This document shows positions 11,063-21,055 of a DNA stretch of 22,575 nucleotides, piece after piece (position 1 is the first letter of the stretch; every line of letters starts with the position of its first letter). This DNA comes from Octopus sinensis (lineage: Eukaryota). Both the position numbers and the translations under genes were made by a program. The DNA lies in the NCBI RefSeq assembly GCF_006345805.1, contig NW_021836945.1:1-22575 (forward strand), in the 5' to 3' direction. The notes below the pieces were generated by a model. It was not told the DNA's origin and searched no databases. It worked only from the letters and a program-made list of their open reading frames with translations.

Positions 11063-11477
11063 TTGCGTCCCCAAAGTTCATCCCCTCCTCACCGCGGTGG
11101 GGACGTTGGCAACGGGTAGTGTCAGAGCTATGCTGTCGGGAACTTCGGTTCCTCGTAGGGCCACCCAAGGCGGATTGGTCTGACACCGAGTGGTATTAGG
11201 GCCACAACCCGGCAGACGGGTCTCTGGTGAAAATCCTCGGAGTGTCTGTTTCGGCAACCGGTGGCTCTTCGGTCGTTCTGTCCCTGCGTCTGCTGACAAT
11301 CTGCGGCAAACACGATGTCTCTACATGCGGGATTGTTGGGGACCGCTAGTGAAATTCATATTCTAACGAAACTTCTTCCACTGCCATGGTTCGAGATGCC
11401 TCGAGGGTGGTAGAAGAAGCCGACTCAACCCGCTCAGGTGAATGTCGCCACAAATACAAGTACAAGTATTACATAAA
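11063..11477 (+). mobile_element. GC/CpG-rich insert of unknown family, candidate short non-autonomous retroelement
   Basis: About 58-63% GC in two counted 60-nt lines, against an AT-rich background. Flanked by an imperfect direct repeat (11026-11062 and 11478-11512, 31 matches in about 38 columns). Ends in tacaag-tacaag-tattacataaa. Confidence 0.4.
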
Positions 11478-11939
11478 TTAGTAACTAATCTTGCATCACC
11501 TTATTACACACAAGTCTAAATAAAGCTGAATGATGACATCGTGTATTGTAACGCCTCGCAAAGCTATGGAAGCGAAACGAAGATTAGATAACATCACCTG
11601 TTTCAACCGTCTCTTAATCATAGAAAAATCGTTCAATATCGCAAGAAGATTCTTGAGACATGTTCAGACTTGCTTTGAAATTCCTCAGATTTACAGTGAA
11701 ATTAGTGACATTGAATCCTGGAAAGTCTACAGCAATTTTATTAGAAATCATAAGACAATGATTTCTAATCTACAATGCCATTGTGCTTACATCATCTCAT
11801 ATTCATTTAAGAAAAAATGCCTCGGCAGCATGAAGTCAATTATTTTCTGTAACTTCACAGCTACTGAATCGATAGTTTACGAAGTTCTAAGAATGATGGA
11901 CGTACGTTTAAATTAATAATATTCCTGTAATATATAATC

Positions 11940-11946
11940 ACATCAC

Positions 11947-11979
<33 letters not shown>

Positions 11980-12022
11980 CATTATTATTATTGTTATTGT
12001 TATTATTATTATTATTATTATT
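11940..12022. repeat. (ATT)n microsatellite
   Basis: Direct reading. Confidence 0.95.
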
Positions 12023-12471
12023 AGAACAGAGATAATAAATAGTGTGCTGTCAGCATTTAGTATACCAATTCGACTACGATCATGACTAGTAACTATTACT
12101 ACACTGCATGAATAACTTCAAATCGAGGAACTGTTTCTCAAGCACTTTCAGAACAGTTCAATATCTTAGGAACTGGCCAATCAAATTGATGAAGATGAAG
12201 GTTGCTCTTGGGATGGTTTAGCTAACCAAAAGAATTAAGTAACAACACTACTTTTATCCACTTACATTTTCAAATTGACGTCATTTAATTTAACTTGAAG
12301 AAACCGTTTCTTTTCAAAGTCTTGTACAACAAATACATTCATTTTTGTGTCGGACTTCTAATTATCCGTTTCAACATGTTCAATATATTTTAATCTCACG
12401 TTTTTATCGAATGTGATTTTTTTTCATTTCTCAATTCATATATATATTCTTAAATTCAAGACATTCACCTG

Positions 12472-12473
<2 letters not shown>

Positions 12474-12513
<40 letters not shown>

Positions 12514-12531
12514 TATATATATATATATATT
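12474..12531. repeat. (TA)n microsatellite
   Basis: Direct reading. Confidence 0.95.
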
Positions 12532-13634
12532 GTGTGGAGGGGATGTTTATATTGTGTATCCACAAGATTTACATTTTAGAAACATATGTTTTTGTGTATT
12601 TACATGAGACATATCACAAACAGTTGCATTAATAATACTGACTCTGATGAGTCAGGAAATATTCTCTTGTGGTTCAATAGCGTTTAATGATGCATATATG
12701 GACAGACATTTATACTACGGTTGTTATAACATCTTTTAATAAGCCTCACGCGATAAATTCCTCCTTAATACCTTTGAAATCACTAACGAAGATGAGGTAA
12801 CATTATTCGAAGAGGTTTTGACGATTCCTGATGAAGGAATAATTTTTTTAAAGTCTAATATTGTTGATAATATTTTTTTTTAGGCTACTATTGTTGATAA
12901 TATTGTCATATATTTCATAGGAACACATGTTTGCAACCTCCATTAGAGACACTCTCTAAAGAGCCTCACTTATGTATGTCGAAATACCATGTTCATCATA
13001 ACAGTTCCATACACTTCTAACCATCAATTTTCTCTTATTATCAGTACACCAACTACACTTTTTGTAGTGTACGTTATATACTAATGACAGCATTTATTTA
13101 ACCAGTTTAAGATTTAGTTTTCACACAAACATCGAGACATCTAACGTAAACGTAGGCCACAGAAAAATCTTGATGAGAAGCAAGATTAATATTAATTGGC
13201 AATAGGATACTGAGACCTTCTGTTAGTCAATCAAGGAAGCAATGAGCCCATCCCTCATTAAATATATAAATTAATGATATCGAATGTGTCTCAAGATACT
13301 GAAGCTGCTGTGGTTTTATGTGCGTTTACTATGTTCAGAGACAGACATTTTTAGTACATATTGTGAAACGAAATATTTTTCTTTTTCAATAGTGAATAAC
13401 TATTGAAGCCAATTAAGTGTATTTGCTAAAAAATAAAAATAGCATCATAAAAATATTACCGGAATAGCCTTTCTTTCTTCTAAGAACTGTTTTTGTTGAT
13501 TAGCTCCAGGTGAGCAGACCTCTGATCAAAGTAAACAACTCTAATTAAGCAGTCTTAATGATGAATGTGGAATAGCCAAAATTATTCAGATCAATATAGA
13601 TTCCCAGAATTATTACGTTTTATCTTTTTTTTTT

Positions 13635-13762
13635 CTTTTTCTTTTCTTTCAATTCTTTCAGTCATTGAACCACTGCCATGCTGGTGCGCCGCTTTGAATG
13701 GTTAAGTCGAAATAAAAATCGAGACTAGTACTTCATTTTAAGTCTAGCACTTATTCTTTCGG
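13635..13762 (-). mobile_element. SINE-B 3' fragment (diverged)
   Basis: tttcagtcatt...gccatgctgg.gc.ccgc...agtcga...ctag.acttattct.tcgg is the reverse complement of the tail seen at 6700-6815 and 21350-21450. Confidence 0.75.
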
Positions 13763-13826
13763 TGAAGTGACGAATTAAAAGCATGTAACTATGTAGTGAA
13801 CCAAGTATGTGGGTAGTGAAGAAATA

Positions 13827-13971
13827 GGTCGACTTTGCATTTCATCCTTTCGGGGTCGATAAATTAAGTACCAGTTACGCACTCGGGTCGATGTAATCGA
13901 CATAATCCCTTTGTCTGTCCTTGTTTGTCCCCTCTATGTTTAGTCCCTTGTGGGCAATAAAGAAATAAGAA
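13827..13971 (+). mobile_element. SINE-A, 5'-truncated (central domain plus tail)
   Basis: ggtcgactttgc.tttcatcctttcggggtcgataaa.taagtaccag...gggtcgatgtaatcgac aligns at about 79% over about 75 nt with the minus-strand copy at 15600-15670. Confidence 0.88.
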
Positions 13972-14647
13972 ATACATATACCATAGAATAAATAAAATGT
14001 TATACGCCACGAAAGGAAGATCGGATGATGGATATATATATATATATATACACGCATACACTGTGAGGAAGAAAGGAGGAAGAGAAACCGATATTCTCAG
14101 AAATGTATATTTACTTTCATCATGTTACCAACTCTCATCTCTCTCGCTCAGTCTGTGTATAAGCGTATGTGAGAGTGTGAGTGCATATATATATAGTGAG
14201 AGAAAGAATAGAGAAAGAGAAAGGGAAAAGAGAGAGAACAAGAGGTAGGTGAGGGACAGAAAGAGAGGCTTAAAAGACCGACAGTTAGAGATGCTAAGGC
14301 ATTTTTCGTGCCGTTATATATCCTGTCAGCTTAAGGTAAAATGCTTTTGTCGTAAAAGTTCGGATTTTTGTCTTAATTTTCTTGGCTTCTTTTAGAGCAT
14401 AAATGTTATGTTGGTCTCATTCCAAAGACCCTCTTTCATGTCAGAAATTCGTCCGATGAAGTTAGTAAATATTGCCGTCTTGACGCCTAGGAATTTATTC
14501 TTTGATCATGCTTGCGAACAAATTTGGCGGATAAGATTATGTTCCGAAACCCGTGTTTGTGTGTGTATGTCTGTGTGTGCTTTTGTGTTTAAACGAAACA
14601 ACAACAATAGAAAGATAAGGATGACTTGTCGACACTTGAATTTGGCG

Positions 14648-14800
14648 GTTTACATTGAACCCAATACATGACTGGTAGTGTGTTTCACTGACTCGGAAAA
14701 CAAGAAGTACGAAGGTACTATCGAGGAATTCGAACTCAGAAGGTAACTTAATACTGCATATTGTGATGTCTATCATTCTAGCGATTTTATCAATGCATTG
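14648..14800 (-). mobile_element. SINE-A, highly diverged copy
   Basis: tacattgaacccaatac.tgactggta...ggaattcgaactcagaa matches the reverse strand of the SINE-A core and B-box (ggaatttgaactcag at 15674-15688). Confidence 0.6.
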
Positions 14801-14817
14801 ACAACAGCAACAACAGT

Positions 14818-15005
14818 GGATGTGCAATGACCCAGTGGTTAGGGCTGCGGACTCGCGGTTGTAAGAACGCGGTTTCGATTCCCAGACCAGGCATTGTGAG
14901 TTTTTATTGAGCAAAACCACCTAAGCTCCATCAGGCTTCAGCGGGGGAGGGTGGTGAACCCAGCTGTACTCTTTCGCCACAACTTTCCCTCACTCTTTCT
15001 TCCTG
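14818..15005 (+). mobile_element. SINE-C: tRNA-derived head and body
   Basis: Pol III A-box-like TGACCCAGTGG (14828-14838) and B-box-like GGTTTCGATTCCC (14871-14883) with tRNA-like spacing. No full cloverleaf, and the sequence continues into a non-tRNA body. Confidence 0.8.
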
Positions 15006-15324
15006 CTTTTGCCACAAAGCAGAGGAACCATGGTGTAACCCACTATGGTGTGGTAAACTTTCAGACCTTAGTCTAGATTGCGAATCCTCTGTACCCCGGG
15101 ATGGTTCAGCTCTCCACCCGTTAAAAAGCCACCGTTTACGGAATGAGGATAACAACGTAGCTTTCGCGCCCGTGCAACAACCAGTCTGTCGCGTGTGGTG
15201 GGTGGATCTTCAGGTTGCCACACGCATTCTTAGTAGCTTAGAGTAGGTTCGAATTATAGATTATTCTTTGTGGCTAATGGCGTGAGTCCTGATTGGAAGA
15301 AGACAGCAACAATAGTAAGTGTAG

Positions 15325-15521
15325 TACTTTATATTATAGGCACTAAGTCTGAAACTTTGGAGAAGGTCGATAGTCGTCTACACCGATCTCAGTCTTCAAG
15401 CAGTCGTTATTTTATCAACCTCGAGAAGATGAAATGCAAAGTCGAGCTCGGCGGAACTTAAACTCAGGAAATAATTCCAAGCATTTTGTCCGGCGTGTTA
15501 CCAATTCTTTCAGCTCACCAC
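15325..15521 (-). mobile_element. SINE-A, near full length and diverged
   Basis: Head (cagctcacc on the + strand), B-box (cggcggaacttaaactcag), core (ttttatcaacctcgagaagatgaaatgcaaagtcga) and tail (taggcactaagtctgaaa) are collinear with the adjacent copy. Confidence 0.8.
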
Positions 15522-15540
15522 TTTAACAATAATATATATA

Positions 15541-15759
15541 TTAACCCTTTCACAATATGCAGAAGGCCTGAAATTTGGTGAGAAGGGGCGAAATCAATTT
15601 CATCGATCCCAGTGCTCAAAAGGTACTTATTTCATAGACCCCGAACAGATGAAACGCGAAAGTCGACTTCGGTGGAATTTGAACTCAGGATGTATAGACG
15701 GACGCAAAACTGCTATGCATTTTGGCGGGCATCCGAGCTCATCTCCCAGTTTGACACCT
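15541..15759 (-). mobile_element. SINE-A, full length
   Basis: The reverse complement reads: tRNA-like head, ctgagttcaaattcc B-box, gtcgacttt..tttcatc..ttcggggtc..taagtacc core, then an aaatttcaggcct tail. Confidence 0.85.
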
Positions 15760-15956
15760 TGAACAATAACAACATCATATGCATGCATATGAATTTAAAG
15801 TTTATTTGAGAAGATCTTTAGTTGATAATATTCAACTCATTTAATATAAACTGCGCAACATATATGAAGAGATTTTTTTTTTCCATTTCCTAACATCCAA
15901 GCTAACACATAACCACACCCACGCAGATAAATGCATACATTGATACATACGGGCAT

Positions 15957-15968
15957 TATATTATATAT

Positions 15969-16033
<65 letters not shown>
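15957..16033. repeat. (TA)n microsatellite
   Basis: Direct reading. Confidence 0.95.
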
Positions 16034-16035
<2 letters not shown>

Positions 16036-17949
16036 ACATATATACATAAATGTATGTATATATGTACACAATCATCTATATGTACACGTGTATATAATTA
16101 TATTAATATTTATCCATCTATTTAGCCATTCATATCTCTACCAATATTCCTCCCTCACATGTGTCAGTGTGATGTATGTGTGTATTTTCTACACACGCTT
16201 ACACATACACATATGCACACAGATACATAATTCAACAACAAAAGTGCAAGGGAAAATAAGTATATATTTCTTTCTATGCCGTTGTTTTTTTTTTTTGTTT
16301 GTTTTTTGTTTAGCCCCAGGTCATCCATGCTTGGGCAAACAAGTGATCAAACGCATTCATCATCGATCATCTTTTCAGGTATAGTATAACAAGGTGTGTA
16401 TTCTTCATTTTGTATTTCTTTAAAGAAAAATATGGTAAGGTGTTATTCGAAGAATATTCTAATGTTATTATAGCGGGTTGGAAAACGCACAGACATACAC
16501 ACATATCTAAATGCTTGCGCTTATGCTTCCGTATGTATGCATACATGCACGTGTATGTACGTGCTTTTGTGGGCGATATTACAATAGGTTGCTGCTCCTT
16601 TCGTAGTATTCGTATTATCCGATGTAGGCTAGTGTTGTTGTTGTTGCTCAGATTCCTATTTCACCTTCTGGTTTTGTCTTCTTTCTCCTATCTTTTTTAA
16701 ATTCTCAGTTTTCTTATAAAAGAATCGAGGCATGAACAAATCGTGTCAGCGAAGAGAAAAAGGGAGAAAAATATCAAAGCCAACAACACAAAGTAAATCG
16801 AAACGAAACAAATGTTCGAAAGCTAAAATAAATAAATAAACTAAAAAGCACTGCTAGGAGAAGCGAAACGAACCTCTCCAGTACGAAAAAATGATGGATT
16901 CACTGATTGGATGAAATATATGTCACAAAAACAAAACGAAATTCTTTATCTTATTTTATTATGATTTGATACAGAATAGCTTTGGATATGCACTGAAACA
17001 ACAGCTTTTGCTCATTCCATTCTTGTTCTTGGGCTGTTGAGTGTCATTGTGTCCCATGGTGTTCCAAAACCAGAAAGGAAGTTTTCGGCAATGATGATTC
17101 TCATGCCATTTGGAAGGAAAATCATTCTCAAATTGCCTCTCTGAAGCTAATCATGATTTTCTCTCGAAATGTATATCAAAGGTTAGATATGGATGGGAAA
17201 TTACTTTCTGTATTCCAGCCGCTGCTCGCTAGGTTGATTTTCATGCAGAAGGCGGTCCTCATGAAGAAAGCGATTCAAAATTTGCTGCTCACAGGAGTGC
17301 ACCAAGCGAATATGTTGAAGTAAATCAAACAAGGAACCATTGCTTTGTATGCTCTCAGTTATCCAATCCCATTTTAAAGAATACATGTAGAAAGGTGGGA
17401 CACTACCACCTGGTCACCTTGCCTGCTATGAAGATCCGGCAAGAATAAAAAAAATTTCAATATATAAATCGCCTAATATTTATAATTACTTACATATGAA
17501 GAATGTCAAGAAATTGGTCAGAAGGAACAGTCGAATATATGAACTGTAGTACTTTACTGGCGATTAATCGAAACCAGAAGTCTGAAAGGCAGAATTGATA
17601 TCCTCGTGATTTGAAGTTTAACCTGCCAGGAAGTGTTTTTCTTCCCTCCTTTGGTCAACACTTCGCACTTAAATACCCCAATAATAGGAATATGTATTCC
17701 TAGCGCAATCAAAGACACCACACACACACTTCAAAGAAAGGAAATATCAACGAAGTCTACCCTTGAAATTACAATGAATTCTTTCGTATGTTAGACCCAC
17801 TTTTACTGGATAAAAGAAATTAAAACATTAACACCGGCAAGAATCGAGAACGAAAAGGAGTGTGATAAACATACATATGTCTCTGTGGCTTATTTTGTAT
17901 CAGTTCTAACAAACCATCGCTTCTGTATATATAAAGTGTAATAATATTA

Positions 17950-18142
17950 ATTTCAACTTTTGTCACAAAACCAGCGGTTTTAGAAAAGGGCTTAAATTCA
18001 TTATATCGGCCCCAGAGGTCAACTGGTACGTATTTTATCGACACAGAAAGGATGGAGGGCAAAATCAACCTCGGCGAATTTGGAATTCAGTACGTAAAGA
18101 TGGAAAAAAAGCGCGTTAAAAAATCTACCAATTCGACGCCTT
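17950..18142 (-). mobile_element. SINE-A, diverged near-full-length copy
   Basis: aactggtac.tattttatcgacacagaaaggatggagggcaaaatcaacctcggcgaatttggaattcag matches the reverse strand of the SINE-A core and B-box. Confidence 0.8.
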
Positions 18143-18949
18143 AGTAAGCATACTAATATTTGATGTATGATAATTTATAAAGTGACTATAATCAAATTCA
18201 TTCCAGTATTTCGCTGGTACTTGTCCATAGCAAGATTTGAACGAAAGACGCGGAGGCAATCTATGGTGGAAGAGGAGGAGAAGGAACTGGAGAAAAGAGA
18301 GAAAAAAAAGAGAGGAAGAAAAAGACGAACGAGTAAAAGAAGAAATGCACAGTCGACATTTTCCAGTGGAAGTAAATATTGTAATATTTAAATAGAAAAA
18401 AGATATTTTATGAATATAGAAGCAAATTAAGTGATACGTATGAGCATACACACATACATGCACACACACACACAAAGATCAGATGACATCGTATATATAT
18501 ACATACATACATATCGGTGTTTGTGTGTTCGCGCGCTTATACAGTGTTATATATAAAATTTCATAAAATATTTTCCTGTTAATTTTTTTCTTGTCATTTA
18601 CTCTTCTTAGATCTTCTCTTCTCGCCTTTACGCTCTGCTGCCTGGTTTTGTCTTTCTTATGAAGAGAAGAAACTAGGACACACGAATTACTTCCAGAAAA
18701 ATTTAAATATTATTATAATTTTTTTTTTTTTTTTTTTTGCAAATAAGAAAGAAAGAATCGAAGAAGGAGAAAACGCAGATGAAGCAAAAACTGTTTCACG
18801 TGATGAGTGAAAATAATGTCGATATATTTTGCCTTTAATGTCTGTAAATTAAAGGTAAATGTCATGAATTGTCTTTTTTGCTTTCAACTAATTATTTCCG
18901 CTTCCCAAAGGCTTTCCATGTAACATTGTCGTTTGTAGTTTATACGGAA

Positions 18950-19480
18950 GCTGGAGGAGACAAAGAAAGTGAAGAATATGCAGATGGAGGAAGAGACTGA
19001 CCGAGAGGGAAAGAGGAATAGACTGAGTGAGAAGGGGAGGAGAGAGAGTGAGAGAGACTGAGTGAGAAGAAGAAAGAGGGAATGAGAGAGAATGAATGAG
19101 GAGAAAGAGAGAGTGAGAGAGATTGAACGAGAGAGAGAAAGAGGGAGCGATCGAATGAGAGGGAGAAAGAGAGGGAAACAGAAAAAAAAGCGAAAGATAG
19201 GGAGAGATTTCATGAAAGAAAGAGAGCGAAGAAGAATAGGAAGGAAAAAGAAAGTGAATACGTGGAAGAAAAAGCCTAACGAATGAGGGGGGGTGAGACT
19301 AAAAGCTTGAGAAGAAGAAAAACGCAAGGGAAGCTAATATAGGGTTATGAGTTGCAGAATGAGTAGAAATGGTAACAGAAGAAGAGAAATGGCGAGAATA
19401 TGAGAGGAGATGCAGAAGAAATACAGGAATCGTAGCATTCTTGGAAATATAAGGACAACGAAAAGAGTAGAAGAAACAAA
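18950..19480. repeat. Degenerate GA-rich polypurine low-complexity tract
   Basis: The + strand is strongly A/G-dominated; source of the R/E/K-rich and S/L/F-rich ORFs. Confidence 0.85.
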
Positions 19481-19741
19481 TGGAACTGAGTAATCAAACA
19501 TGAAGACGAACACATACACGCACACATATATCCAAACACACAATGTATTTATGCAAGTATGTAGTATATCGTAGCTTATTCCAAAGTGGTCTCCCTTTAC
19601 CGCGTTTATGATTAAGATTAGTAAAATTATAAATGGCTGCATTGCAACAAACAGATGTCAAATGAATAACCATTGGGAGATGATTTCAGAGACTTTGAAG
19701 CAATTAGTAATATGAATTGACTGGTTCTTAGAGTAGTAAAT

Positions 19742-19775
<34 letters not shown>

Positions 19776-20392
19776 ATATGAATAATATATAGCGTCATTA
19801 ATATGTAAAAGAGTTTTTCACTTTCCCGATCGTCAAACTAAGACATCTGCTTGTTGTTTTTTCCCCATTGGTTATTTCCATAATATACCGCTATTTTACA
19901 CAAGACATTTTCCCCCTTTCACGAAGCATTTTAATCTTGGTGCTGAGCGGCAAGCATGGGGATCTCAATTGATTTTAGAATTTTAGTTGATTTAATATTA
20001 GAAGAATTATGTAAGATGCGTATTGTACTCGTTTGTGTTACATCATGATATGGGGTTCGCAACTGTTTACTGATGATTAGCGTTAATTCTGTTGCACTTT
20101 TTTATTTATAGATTTATACAAGTTTTTTTTTAAATTCCTAATTATCTTTCGTTTCTTTAATGTTTGCTTCGAAGGATTTCACATTCTGATTGATATACTA
20201 GTTTTATTTATTTATTTATTTATGTATATATTTATTGTTATTTTTGACAAAGATTACAGAGCTTCATGTATGCACGTATATGTGTGTGTTTATGTGTGCT
20301 ATTTATTACACTATTGTATGACTGAGCGCCTTCGCGTCGATTCGATTCGATTTGTTTGGTTTCGTTTCGTTCTTCTTCTCTAAGCTGGCTTT

Positions 20393-20464
<72 letters not shown>
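20393..20464. repeat. (TA)n microsatellite
   Basis: Direct reading. Confidence 0.95.
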
Positions 20465-20468
<4 letters not shown>

Positions 20469-20976
20469 CACACCCGTTTGTGTGTGTATGTTCTAACGTA
20501 TAGTTTTTGCATATGAATATATACCTACAGGTAAATATAAATATGAGTATATATATATAATATATACGTATAGGTGTATAATCATATGCACACACATATA
20601 TACATAAGTACCCTCTCTCTCACTTTCTCTGTCTTTCTCTCTATGTTTCTCACGCACAAACATACACGTATATATAAACACACGTACGTGAGGAATCGCA
20701 TTCGAATATGAAGATCTATAACAATAGAAAAATCGATGGGCAATCCTTGAATGGAAACATGAAAGAAAAAACAGCAAGAATGTATGCCTGTGTATTTGTG
20801 CACGGCCTATTCGCGTGTGTCGGTGATTTTCGGATAATGCTGGAGATCACGTGGTTGGGTATGTTAACAGGTGTGTATGAAAAGATATCATGTCTTTGTT
20901 GTTTGATTTGAAACTCTTGATATTTTTTTTAAAACAACGTATTTTAAAGTCTTACTGCACTCTTCAACAGGTGGAT

Positions 20977-20979
<3 letters not shown>

Positions 20980-21027
<48 letters not shown>

Positions 21028-21055
21028 GTGTGTGTGTGTGTGTGTGTGTGTGAGT
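20980..21055. repeat. (TA)n-(TG)n tract upstream of the full SINE-B
   Basis: Direct reading. Confidence 0.95.

Noticed and set aside
10991-11512. Alternative reading as a mini-LTR element: TG...CA ends at 10991-11062 and 11443-11512, minus-strand TGGCGAC and a TTRC/RPIRL gypsy-like motif
   Set aside because: The first halves of the putative LTRs do not align. The peptide motif needs a frameshift, and the primer-binding site and polypurine tract do not abut the repeats convincingly. Kept only as a fallback.
12638-12660. CTGATGA-gtcag-GAAA, a hammerhead-like string inside the hairpin ctgactc/gagtcag
   Set aside because: No stem II can form between the core motifs, and there is no stem III or cleavage triplet.
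12744-12796. Exon candidate (A)SRDKFLLNTFEITNEDE with donor GAG|gtaaca
   Set aside because: AAG acceptor with a poor pyrimidine tract, no family match, and phase incompatible with the nearest candidate.
12858-12906. 16-nt direct repeat tattgttgataatatt, two copies
   Set aside because: Short AT-rich local duplication with no associated element.
14818-14895. Possible tRNA gene
   Set aside because: It has A/B boxes but no complete cloverleaf and runs into a SINE body. The same holds for 21056-21120.
16314-16378. 65-nt exon candidate after a long T tract ((A)PGHPCLGKQVIKRIHHRSSFQ)
   Set aside because: Weak donor (gtatag), ambiguous frame and no recognisable peptide.
20393-20430. Perfect palindromes in TA tracts with mirrored AA/TT interruptions (also 12501-12520 and 15957-15984)
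   Set aside because: Any AA...TT pair inside (TA)n is automatically palindromic, so the symmetry carries no information.
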